Assembly: GCA_051047955.1 (NCBI GenBank)
Contig: JBPGPT010000006.1
Span: 1 to 64,000 of the forward strand
Direction of reading: 5' to 3'
Length of the DNA stretch: 64,000 bases
DNA from: Cystobasidiomycetes sp. EMM_F5
Taxonomy: Eukaryota
Shown: positions 24,165-35,688 of the stretch, in pieces
Numbering within the stretch: the first letter of the stretch is position 1
How the letters are laid out: each line of letters begins with the position of its first letter
The notes under the pieces: model-generated
The model's database searches: none
Seen by the model: only the letters and a program-made list of their open reading frames with translations
Told to the model about the DNA's origin: nothing
Made by a program: the position numbers and the translations under genes

Positions 24165-27100
24165 ATGGGCGCAGCTCAGAGTACTTTCCGACCACCGGGC
24201 GTCGTGCTGGCCGGGTCATCGTACCTCGACGAGCTGGGCGCCGACATCAGCTACGAGAAGAGGTGCGCCAGTTGTAGTTCAATATAAATACATGTACTAG
24301 GATGCTGGTCTGAGCCTGCTTTTGCGACTGCCCGCCCATTGACTGCCCGCATCATTCAGCATCAGCTCGTCGCGATTCCTGAAAGCCATAAAGGCCCGGC
24401 ATCGTCAAGGCGCGCTCGTGGTCAAGGTGTTTGTGAAATGGGACGCCCATATGGACTTGCGCCCGACCTCGAAGCGGATAGCTGGTCAGCCTGCGTTGGC
24501 TGACGGGTGGTGCAATTGACGCTGACGGATTGTATGCAACACGCGCGTATGGTGACCTCGAATGCATACTGGACCTCTCGCAGCCGAAAGGTCTGCTATG
24601 CTCGACTGCCCAAACCTCCTGCCGTACAGTCAGGCTCTGGCCACCGAGAGAGCTGGCTATCTGATTCGACAGTGGGCAGCCAGCAGTCTGTACGACCGGA
24701 TATCCACTAGGCCCTTTCTGGACACCATCGAAAAGAAATGGATTGCTTTCCAGCTCCTGACCGCCATCAAGGACATGCACGCGAGAAAGGTACGTGCAGG
24801 TGTCTCTCCGGCCGAAACAATAACAGTCTCAACCATCGCATGCCCAGATTTATCACGGCGATATCAAGTCGGAGAACGTTCTTGTCACTTCGTGGAACTG
24901 GGTCTATCTCGCCGACTTCGCGTCAGCTTTCAAACCGCCATACTTGCCAGAGGATGACCCTTCCGACTTTTCATACTTTTTCGACACGTCCGGTCGACGA
25001 ACGTGCTATCTGGCGCCTGAACGCTTCTACAGCGCAGACAGCGAGCTTTCCCGAAAGAAGGCAGGTCTGGAAGCTGGAAGGCGGCTCGGGCAATTCACAG
25101 AAGAGATGGACGTTTTCAGTGCTGGCTGCGTCATTGCAGAAATGTTTGTCGAAGGAGCTTCGCCATTCACCCTCGCTCAGCTGTTTCAATACAAATCTGG
25201 TCAATACAATCTTGGAGTATACTTGGCTCAGATCGAAGACGAGGGAATCAGAAACCTTGTCAAGAGCATGATGGCTGCAGACCCTTCTGAAAGACAATCT
25301 TGCGAGCGATATCTCACAGAGTCCTACGGATCCACCTTTCCGACCGCCTTTTACGACTTTTTCCATAATTTTATAGCCGGAACAAACGAAATTAGCAGGA
25401 CCAATTCTGTCTCATCGGCACTTACTCGAGCAATGACGACAGCCAGCCCGTCTGGGTCGTCCACACCGAGCGTTGCAGGTCAGCACCGTCAAGTGGAAGA
25501 GCCAGACAAGGCACCCCTTGATAGTAACGCCGACGACATCATCGCCCAAGTGTGGACAGACTTCGACCAAATCGAGCGGTACTTTACGGAAAGCCGGGCT
25601 GTCAGGCCACAGACACCTGCGCCAGACATGCGAGAAGCCATACACATGACTGATGTAAGAAGTGATGGTGTGTATTTATAGCCAAGCCTCTGAACTGACT
25701 TGTGCGTAACAGACCGTCTTTCCCGTCCACCTCAATATCACCACAGCGGATGGAACACATCATCTCAGTACGGTCAAGGCCCCTTCTGCGGATGGACCAG
25801 CAATCATCGTGTTATCTCTCGTTTGCGCAAACATCCGCAACTGTCTTCGCCCAACGTCTATTATCAAGGCATTTGATATTCTTCTAGCTTTGTCACGCTA
25901 TTTGACCGACGCGACGAAGTTGGACCGACTCATACCGTTTGTTGTCACTTTCATGCAAAACGACGTAGCACTAGTGCGAGCCTCATCTCTGCGTACCCTG
26001 ACTCAAGTAGTGCGTCAGCCGTCTCAGGTGAATGGAGGGGTTGCTGACGGAGTTACGCCAGCTTGTCGATACAGAGAGCATCACCACTGCGAATGCTACT
26101 GTCTTTACAGAATACATATTGCCAAATATCCAGCAGTACATCACCGATCCAGACGAATCGGTGCGATGCGTTCTTGCAGAATCTCTTGCTAGCTTGGCCG
26201 AGACGGGTCAACGATATCTCGACATGGCACACGTTATGAAAGCTGAAGGTGCTTTCAAAGTCGGTCGCGCCCGCGACCACGAAGAGTCGCCCTACGAGGT
26301 ATTTCATGTGATATCATCATGTGATGTTCGAATTAAAGTGTTTCTTGCTAGATGACATATGATGCCAGCCATCAGCAACTGCAATCGCAAATTCATGATT
26401 GTATTAACAACCTGCTCACAGACCCATCCTCCGCCGTCCGACGTGCGCTGGTATCTAATATCACACCGCTTTGCGTATTTCTGGGACGCTCTGGGACGAG
26501 CGATGTCTTCGGTCTAATGGTCACCCATCTCAATGATCGTGATTGGCTGTCGCGCTTTACTTTTTTCGCCGCCACAGTGGGAGTCTCGACTTGCATCGGT
26601 AGCAAAAACGTCGATGAATACGTCCTGCCATTGATGACGCAGGCTCTAGCCGGTGAGGTTGACTTGGCTGACGTGCCATCCTAGACTGATGTATGTTGCG
26701 TAGATAATGAAGAAACGGTAGTTGCTAGAGAACTAAGTTCACTGGCAGTCATTGCGGAACTTGGACTCTACCAGAAGAGTCGACTATGGGAGGTCTTGCC
26801 TACAGTCTTGTCACTTCAATATCACCCGAATACCTGGATCCGGTCCGGTGAGCTGGCGCACAGCTAAGACTGGGCCTGTTCTAACCTTTTGCCTCGGGTA
26901 GCGGCCATTCAATTTTTGGCAGCATCAGCAAAGATGTTGCCAGAAACCGATTTGTGGTGTAGCTTGTATCCGACGTTGCGTACGACGCTAAATGCAGACC
27001 TTGAGCAACTTGATCAATTAAGCATAATGGAAGCTTTGAAGACACCTGTAAGTTGCAGTAGGATTTGATTTGGCTCTCACTGACGCGTACAATAGGTTGC

Positions 27101-29878
27101 GCGGGCGGTGTACGAGGCCGCGGTGATATGGGCGGGCAAGCACGGTGGCGGTAGCTTTTGGACACTTCCGCTACTTGAGCGTAGTTCTACGCTGCAGCAG
27201 ACCTTTGACGAGATGCTCAAACCGCCTTCTTTGACATTAAAGTAAGTCGCCCTTAGCATCACTTTCTTAACTCATACTGACCATGTATGCATAGCGATGA
27301 GGCAGAGTTGAAACGTATGGAGATGATCGGGATGACAGAAGATGACAGCATGAAGCTCGTAACGCTGCGACCTTTTATACTGAATGTTTCTGCTTCTCGT
27401 AATTTGTAAGCGAAGTCGGTCCACAACGGATGCGAAACAGGCATGCTGACCACTTTTTGCCCAGGCGCGGTGCTCCCCAATCCGCAAGCTCAGCACAGAA
27501 AGCGCCGAGTATAGACTTGATGTCAAGTAACGAGGTAGCTGTTACGGCGCTGGGCGCAACACCGGAAAACATTATCTTTTCCTCTGTCGAAGGCCTTGCA
27601 TCTCGCATATCTCGAATGCAGAGTGATGAAAGCACGTCACGTCGGACTTCCATGAGCGAAGCTTTCCGCCCCAGCAACGCTATGCGAGCGAATGGAGGGC
27701 GAAGTCTCAGCGGCACAAGCACGAACGACGGTCTTCGGAGGCGGATAGCCTTGGCTAGCACTTTAACGTCGACTCCAGCCGTTCGTTCCGGATCTTCGCC
27801 TAGGTTTCCGAGTTCGCTATCCGTCGCCGGCGCCTCCACATCTTTTCCATCTAATGCTGCAGCAGACCCGCCATACGCAACAAAGCTCAACTCCACAGAT
27901 ACTGCAACACAAGCTCAGCCCGATATACTGAAAAGACCTGCTCCACCGAGTAGTACTGCTAGCACTTCTTTACGTCAACGGATAGGCGTTGGCGGCGTCG
28001 AAATGACAAAGGGCCAACCCGCTGTGGCATCCGATTTGACCGCTGCATTAGGTACTCTCAGCGTGGAAGGCACCGAAAGTGTGTCGGGCATATCTACGCC
28101 GAATCCAGATCTGTCACGAGGCGCTGCCGGTCAATCGAGGTTGCGCGGCAGACGCTTCGAGACTACGTATGATGGAGACGACCCTAGTATACGTCAGTTA
28201 CTGGATCGTGTGTACCTCGATAACTTCAGGGAGCCGATGCCAGAATTCGGACCATTCATTCCCATAAAAGCCGCTCGCAGACGTACGGCTCGGCCAAGTC
28301 CACGCGAAAGACCACATAAACGCCCTGAGGGCAACTTGATTGCAAATTTGTCTGAGCACAATGCTGCCGTAACGTGTTTGGCTGTTTCTCCAGATCATCT
28401 CTTTTTTGCGTCTGGAAGCACAGACGGAACAGTCAAGATTTGGGACACCGCCCGGCTAGAGAAGAATGTCGCAAGCAAGTCAAGATTGACCATCCGCCAA
28501 GGCGGCTCTATCACAAGCATTGTCATGCTTGAGAACAGCCACTGTATCGCCAGCGCTTCAGATAATGGCAGTCTGATTGTACATCGCATCAACGTATCCA
28601 ATGCGCCTGGTCAACTGCCCAGGTATGCAAAGCCCACAATGGTGCGGCAACACGTCGTCGATACTGGATTCCGCGATTTTGTTACGAGCATGCTTCACTT
28701 TGATACTGGTAAGATCCTACGAGTCCAAGTGAGGACGTCACAAGCTCAATTCAGGTCTAATTACAGATGCTGCGTCAAAGATAGTCTACGGGACCTCCCA
28801 ATCGAAGCTCGTTATTTTAGATATACGCACTCTGCGCACGCTTGAAACGTACGCCAATCCTTCGCACGCTGGCCCTATCTCGTGCATGTGCATTGATCGC
28901 AAAAAGGCTTGGTTGGTTGCTGGGACCCTCTCTGGATGGCTGTGCCTATGGGATCTCCGTTTCGGTCTTCTGGTCCAAATGTGGCGATTGTCAGACGAGG
29001 CTTTCGGCCAAGCGGTTACTTCGATTACGATTCACAAGACTCGCGGTAAAGGGAAATGGCTGGTCATCTCGGCGGAAGAAACGGACGGCTTTGAGGTCTG
29101 GGATATCGAAGCTGGTCGTAGGGTCGAGCGTTTCGCTTTAAACACCGACGCCAACAAGACGATGATTCAGCCCGCGCTGCGAAGACGTACCAGCTCTGCG
29201 ACGACTACCGCTACCTTGCGGCAGGCTGACATTCGAATAAGTGCCAGTTTGCAGCTGAGCCCGGCAGACGCCATTGCCGAACTTCTGGCTGAACCGCCAA
29301 AGCCGATGCTTGGGAATCTGGACAATCCAGATTCCGCAGGGGCTTTGCATGCTCTGCAATACAAGACTTCACGCTCGGCAGTCACAGCCATATTCGTTGG
29401 TAGTGACTTCGAGAACGCTCAGGAACACGCTGTCTTGGCTGTTGGCAGTCTGCCGCCCGTGACAGAAGGAAGTGCTACGTCACAAGAGATAGCGTCACCT
29501 TCTCGGACTCGTCCAATCACAAACGAGACAGGCTTCATCATTACTGGCGGCGACGATCGCAAGATCCGCTTCTGGGACCTGAGTAATGTCGAGCGATCTT
29601 GCGTTGTGTGCGGGAGTGAGGATGGGGAGGAACGGCCCGTCTTCACTGTCAGCAGGATCAACGGTACATCTGGCCAAGAGGGCCTGTACACCGAATCACG
29701 TCCTCACACAAAGTCCACATCGATTGGTGGTAGCAAGCGGACGCAGACGATCGCAAATTCACAGCAGTCTTTGCTTCGCGCCCACCAGGACAGTATCTCT
29801 GCCCTGGCGCTTCTAGAATTGCCCTTCCGCTGCATTGTCAGCGCAGATCGTAGCGGCTTCATCAAGGTTTGGGAGTAG
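24165..29878 (+). CDS. VPS15: PI3K regulatory Ser/Thr kinase Vps15 (kinase, HEAT, WD40)
   Basis: Myristoylation-type start MGAAQS, LYDRISTRPFL, EKKWIAFQLL, HGDIKSEN, FSYFFDTSGRRTCYLAPERF, HEAT region and C-terminal WD40 repeats. Confidence 0.96.
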
Positions 29879-30003
29879 AAGTCAGTTCAATGAAGAAATA
29901 AGAGAAGTTAATATGGCAGTATAGCAGTTCCGTAGTGCGCGTAATCGTGTTGTCAACAACAATTGTGTATAGTAAAGAATAGCATTCACTCAGGCGTACA
30001 CGT

Positions 30004-31059
30004 TCACGCTCTCCGCTTTGCTGTAGAGGCAGCGTTCCCGGACGCAGCTTTCCTTTTCTTGAAAACCGGAGCATCTGATTGCGGTTGTATCGCTTTAGTA
30101 TCTTCGTCATCCTCCGTCTTGGGTGCTATCAAATCCCATGCTGCTTGATTGCGTTCTTGAGCTTGCTCCTCGGTCTCCTCCTCAATGTCACCTGCTTCCA
30201 CTGGCTTGAATGCCATTTTGCCTTTGCCAGCTGCACCTCTCGTCAAGTCAAGTGGAGCAAGTTGTTTGGCTTGTCGTATGGCTTTCGTCACCAAGTCCGG
30301 TGGAGCTGACGCATAATCGTCTCGCTTTTTCACCTTTATTGCTATGTTGGCATAGTCATCGTCGCCATTGTCCGGAAGGGTCTTTTCTTGCAATGAAGCA
30401 TACGTGAACCTGCGTTTGCCTGGTTCACTCTCTCTTTCCCTGGCCGCACTCTGAGTTTCTGCCTCCTCTTCCACAGGGAGCGGGATTGCGCTTGTTGAAG
30501 CGACAGTAACAATCTCCCAATCTCCAGCTCTTCCTTCCTTGTCGCGCAACTCCTTCTCAGCCGCAAGTTTCGCAGCTAGTGGATCTTCAAATCCAAGAGA
30601 TGCTGCATCTGAATAGCTTGGTCCGGTTGGTTTGCCATTTGGTCTGGATTTGGACGGTCCTGCGACTGGTTTACTGGAAGCCTGTTCGATGGAAATACCC
30701 ATAGCTGCAGCGGCGGCCTGCGTTGAGTGAATCAAGTCGTCGTGTATCGTCCCATCAGTCCAGCACTTCACAATCATTGGTTTTGACAGCAGCCTCACCG
30801 CATCAATGGCAGCGATATCTCTCGCTTCCTGGGCTGCATCTTTTTCCTTCTGAATGCCCTTCTTGTAGATGCCACGGATGTACCGCTCGAGGTTGCCTTT
30901 ATGTCTGAATCCAGTCTCATGGTGCGCCCTGGACTGATGACGGCGAGTCAGCCTGGCCGATGAGCTTGGGTGTTTGCGACCTACCGGCTTGTCGTCCGCA
31001 ATGAATACCTTGCAGTACGAGCACCAGTACTTGTTCTTGGAGACCCAGTACTCGCTCAT
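30004..31059 (-). CDS. U1-type (matrin) zinc-finger protein, WBP4/FBP21-like
   Basis: MSEYWVSKNKYWCSYCKVFIADDKPSRAHHETGFRH after removing intron 30934-30984. C-terminal PVFKKRK. Confidence 0.85.
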   Translation of the reverse strand: MSEYWVSKNKYWCSYCKVFIADDKPVGRKHPSSSARLTRRHQSRAHHETGFRHKGNLERYIRGIYKKGIQKEKDAAQEARDIAAIDAVRLLSKPMIVKCWTDGTIHDDLIHSTQAAAAAMGISIEQASSKPVAGPSKSRPNGKPTGPSYSDAASLGFEDPLAAKLAAEKELRDKEGRAGDWEIVTVASTSAIPLPVEEEAETQSAARERESEPGKRRFTYASLQEKTLPDNGDDDYANIAIKVKKRDDYASAPPDLVTKAIRQAKQLAPLDLTRGAAGKGKMAFKPVEAGDIEEETEEQAQERNQAAWDLIAPKTEDDEDTKAIQPQSDAPVFKKRKAASGNAASTAKRRA

Positions 31060-31231
31060 GTTTGTGCAGTTTGTTGGAGCAATATCAAGGGGCAAATGAT
31101 AGTAACAAACAGAAAGTAGTCGCGCAAACGCTTCCATTTTCCTTGCATCTGATGCCAGCACATACAAGATTGGAAGAGGCTGCTCGAATATAAATATAAC
31201 GCCTGCTCCGCTTTTCTCCTGCTTTTCGTCC

Positions 31232-32155
31232 TCACTTTGCAAAGACGTACAAGGCCGCATATTCGACCCTGATGACCTGCCCTTCAGTCGAGCACTGTTG
31301 CATCCGCGTCAGACTTGTTTCGTCTATACACGAGATGATGTCTCACCGTCGCTGGAGCTACCCCACCAACAGTATTGATCCGCAAGCCAGTCGTCGCCAT
31401 CGATCCCTCGACATTGGCGAGCTGGAGCCAGGCGATGTTCGACGCGCCTTGTGGACTAGCTGCGCTGCTTGCTTTGGAGAAGGCAGCATATGAGTGTCCG
31501 GAAGAGCTGGGTATCGAGCTATATCGTCAGCTTTGACATCTCTATCTGCGACTGCTCTTTTAGCTCACCTAAAATCGAACACTGGGTTGGCCGACGCTGC
31601 CGTAGGAGACAGCTTTTGGAAGAAGTGGTCGCCCAGTTTTGCTTTGCCGATGCATGACTGGACCGTAGTGGGCAGGTTGGTCGGGTCAGGTCCCTTCATC
31701 GCCAGTGAAGGCAGGTCTGTGAGCTTGACTAGGGGTGAATTGACGGCTGTCGGGGCAGCATGGTCAGCTTACTGCCTTCAAATCCGGCGACGGTGGGCCA
31801 CTCACCGCAAGAAGCATCAAACAAAGTAGCCACTGCCATGTTCTTTGCAAATGTGCCATTGGTGCACGTATAGTTCTGACGGTGATGGGCACAGTCAGTA
31901 GGTTGTAGCGGAGAAGACAATCCCTCAATTCACCTGCACACCCCGCCCAAGTGCGACAAAGGTCGGCGTTTGTCCTGCTGGGATGGCGACACCGCTAGGC
32001 AGATCGAAGGTGGCTTTCGACACATCGCAGCCAGTGAGTTTGGGAGCGAAGCGATTGCCGCCAAATGATCCACCAGGACCGCCAGGAAAAGGAGGGATGA
32101 AAGCTGCTGAAGTCGCGACGGCGCAGAGTGAAGCAATGAAGATTTTGGAAATCAT
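31232..32155 (-). CDS. Secreted DUF3455-family protein
   Basis: Signal peptide MISKIFIASLCAVATSAA, then LGRGVQNYTC, AVATLFD, LGDHFF, PVFDF, NIAWLQL, RINTVGGVAPATC, VEYAALYVF assembled over 5 exons. Confidence 0.85.
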
Positions 32156-32643
32156 GGTTATAGGGTTGTTATGAAAATGTAGGATCACCAGGATCGCAAG
32201 AGAAGTAGAGAGAATAAGAATTGTTGAGTGAAGGAGTTGATAGAATGAAGAAGAAAGAGCCGCCGAGCCAGTCGCTGCATCAGCTTTTAAAGCTAGTTCG
32301 TGTTTGGTCGTCCGAAGGATTCGGTCGAGTATTCCGATACTCCCACAATCGCCTGAGCGATGTCGACCACACAATGGTGGGCGTATTCAGGTGTTCCATG
32401 TGCTACCTGTGTTGACGCATCGTTGACCGGCTGTGAGGATACGGTACTCTCGGTGGAGAGTCGGGCGGTCTTGGGATGCGAATGGCCGTTAGCGACGATG
32501 ATCTATGCGTTATCCGTAGGTCAGTATAAGTGAATGGAAGTGCATCGTGTATCCTGTATGGAGATATCTGTATGTGAATGTAATCTCCCAGCACCAGTCT
32601 CGAAAGCTGCTGAGCCATCTTGCTTCGTCGCCGCAACACCACC

Positions 32644-34475
32644 ATGTCGAAACCTTTCGTGTGCCGCTGGGGTATTATTGGCTGTGGATGTGCGCTTAAA
32701 AGCCGGAAACTGACGCTGCTGCTACTGACATTGTTGGCTGACTTCTCAACTCGCTTGCTTCCTGATGTTTGTGACGCAACCGGCAATCTGGCAATCCAGC
32801 CATTTCGTCAAAATTTGTGCATGTGAGCATGACGGACACTGATGCCGTTGAATCAGTAGCTGAGCAACTATCGAGCAGGATCTGACCATCGACCCAGCTC
32901 TGCGTGAAGCGTCCGAAGTGGCGCACGCTCTCGTGGTAGCCGGCTCGCGGGACAAGGCAAAGGCAGAAGTAAATCATTCGTCACGCATATCGACTTCAGT
33001 GTCGCAAAGACTGATGTCTACTTTGCCAGAAATTCATCAAAGACTCCGCGCCCGACGGCGGATGGGCACAGCAGATCGGAGCGTACAAGAACAAAGCGCA
33101 AGGCGTAGGATCTTACGAAGAAGTTTACTCGCACAGCGTATGCAACAGCTGCACGTAATAGGGGCTTGGCTGACGCGTCTTTGACAGGATGTCGATATAG
33201 TATACATAGGCGTACCTCATCCACAGCATTTCGAGACTGCGAAAGCTGTGCTCGAGGCCGGGAAAGGAGTCTTGTTGGAAAAGCCGGCAACGTTGAATTC
33301 GAAAGAATCCGAGATACTGATCAAGCTGGCAAAGGAGAAGAAGCTATTCTTCATGGAAGGTGCGCCGGGGTACTGTGTTTAGGGAACTTCGCTGAAGTGC
33401 CGCACCAATAGCTGTCTGGACACGATTCTTCCCTTTAGCATACCGCTTTCAGCAAATCTTGCATGAAGAAAAGGCAATTGGCCATATTCACCACGTTCTC
33501 GTCGATTTTGGCATGAACTTCTATTCCACAAAAGGCGTCGATAACCGTGTATTTGCGCCAGAGCTTGCCGGAGGTGCGCAGCTCGACATCGGTCCTTACA
33601 GTGTACTATGGGTAAGTCGACATGGCCTCGCTTCTTAAGACAGCAGTAAGGTGTTGACGACAGCTCATAGGGCATCCTGGCTCTGTATGAGCATCCGGAA
33701 AACAAGCGACAACCGCCATCTCGCATTACAGCCAGTTCCTTACCTGATCCACGAACCGGTGTCGATCTATTCACAACAATCATTCTAGACTTTGAGAACT
33801 TGAAAGCTCGTGCCAATTGTACGCACGATCACGGCACTGAAGCGTAGAGATTTCAACTAAATTTCTATGCTTGAAACAGTGTGCTGCAATTTCGCCGTGC
33901 CAACGAGTCCCGATGCATGTGTGCGCGTATTGGGTACGAAAGGGTGAGCCGATATCAACAATGCCCACACAGCGTACTGTGCCTGAACCCCGTAGTACAG
34001 AGAGCTATGCGTGACTGGACCTGTCGCAGCACGACCGGAAGGATTGCTTCTCCGCAGATACAAAGGAGAGCATCCCATTGCATCTGCGAAAGATTGGGAT
34101 GAGGAGCGAATGGACTTTCCTCTGCCAGGTACGCTTTGCCCGTATGCACAGAGAAAACGTACTGAGAGGGAATTCTCATGTCAATTTGTAGGTGTCGGCT
34201 TAGGGTACGAAGCAGATGCAGTCGCCAAGCATGTGCGAGGTCAGGCCTTGTCACCACTGCCTTAAGGGTCGGGTACTAACACTCTTTCCTAGATGGCGAT
34301 ACTGTCAGCCCAAGGTGCTCACCTGAGGACACGCTGGCCGTAATGAATGTAAGTCCACGATGTAGTTTCCGTTTGAACAGTAGAAGAGCTGATAGTCTCC
34401 GCTCCTTTCCAGATCATGGATGAATGGCGCAAGCAGTCAGGATACAAGTACCCGGACGGTCTGGAAAAGGCATAG
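32644..34475 (+). CDS. Gfo/Idh/MocA family NAD(P)-dependent oxidoreductase (dihydrodiol/xylose dehydrogenase-like)
   Basis: RWGIIGCG, VDIVYIGVPHPQH, VLLEKP, FMEAVWTRFFP, LAGGAQLDIGPY, and the end MDEWRKQSGYKYP. Many short introns. Confidence 0.88.
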
Positions 34476-34643
34476 ATGCTGCTGCTCGTTGTAATGTAGT
34501 CTTTTTGTCATCCATCGTTTGCAAAGGGTGTCTTTCAGGCACCACCCTAGCTTTTGGTGGCGTGCCTATGACGCTGATCTTCGACTTTCACTGCTTGTGT
34601 GCTTTGTCTCCATACGTGTAGCACGCTCTGATCAATTGCAACA

Positions 34644-35561
34644 ATGACCATCCCAGGTAGGCTGGCTGAATATGATGTGCTTTTTGGTCTGCGATATTGA
34701 CGACGCTCTTGACGGACGGCAGGTGGAACTTCTCGAGCTTGTATGTCTTTATGGCAGTGCATATCAAGCTATTCCTGCGTACTGACACGCTCCTACGACA
34801 GCAAACACCAAAGCTCTGCTGAAGGTATGCTAACGTAATGGCGCTGGTGCCTTTTAATTGGGCTCATCCTGGTGTCCAGGACAAGCATTCTCATGGCGTG
34901 GGCGGCGAGCAACGAATGAAGAAAGATGGCGAAGGGTGTGTGGACATGCTGAGCCCGTGAAGAGCATGCAAAATTAACGCTTTGCCCACGACGCAGCGGT
35001 CACAACTGGTTGGCAGTATTTACTTCCCCGCCTTTGAGAAAGGTGACCTGATGTCGAAGATTGCAGGGGATCTGCGGGTCACGAACTTGACGACGAGCTC
35101 GCTGGCCAAGCTGATGCTCAGCAAGACGCTGCAGATGCAATCGCCGAAGGGGACGAGCATCCACAGGGCAAATCGTTTGAAGAGCGTGCGAGACCCACCG
35201 CGACAGCGGGATCTACCAATACTGGAACCCTGTCAGAGGAGTATGCAGAGAAAGAGGGTATGTTGACGTCTCACAAGCTCATTACAAACAGCTTTCTGAC
35301 AGGTGGAATAGGCGCATTCATCGCACGCTCTACGGCAGATCCAAAGAATATGGACCTTAACGAGATAGCTCGAACGTCCGGAGCGGCTTCATTTCCCTCC
35401 GCCGATGTGGTATCTTCTGGAAGTCACGCTACTATCGCTGAAACGGCCGACCAGATCAACAGAGGCAAAGGGACAGGTAAGCGTCTAAATTGGATGAATT
35501 TTGTTCTCGACTAGTCTGATCCGACCTTGTCTCCCCAGAGGGTGGATTTGGCGGCGTATGA
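34644..35561 (+). CDS. Small Stf2/HABP4(Stm1)-like hydrophilic protein (8 exons)
   Basis: Hand-spliced MTIPGGTSRASNTKALLKDKHSHGVGGEQRMKKDGEGGHNWGS...DLNEIARTSG. KKxGxGxxNWG is the family motif. Micro-exons of 13, 18, 23 and 12 nt keep frame. Confidence 0.7.
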
Positions 35562-35688
35562 GCACCAAAGCGAAAAATCTGCAGTCGAACACCTCAGTCA
35601 AATGTAGCGAAGATGCAATTATTGACAATGGAAGCCTTCGAAAGCATCAAAAGGCACATTGAAGCACTGTGGAAACTGATCTCACATG

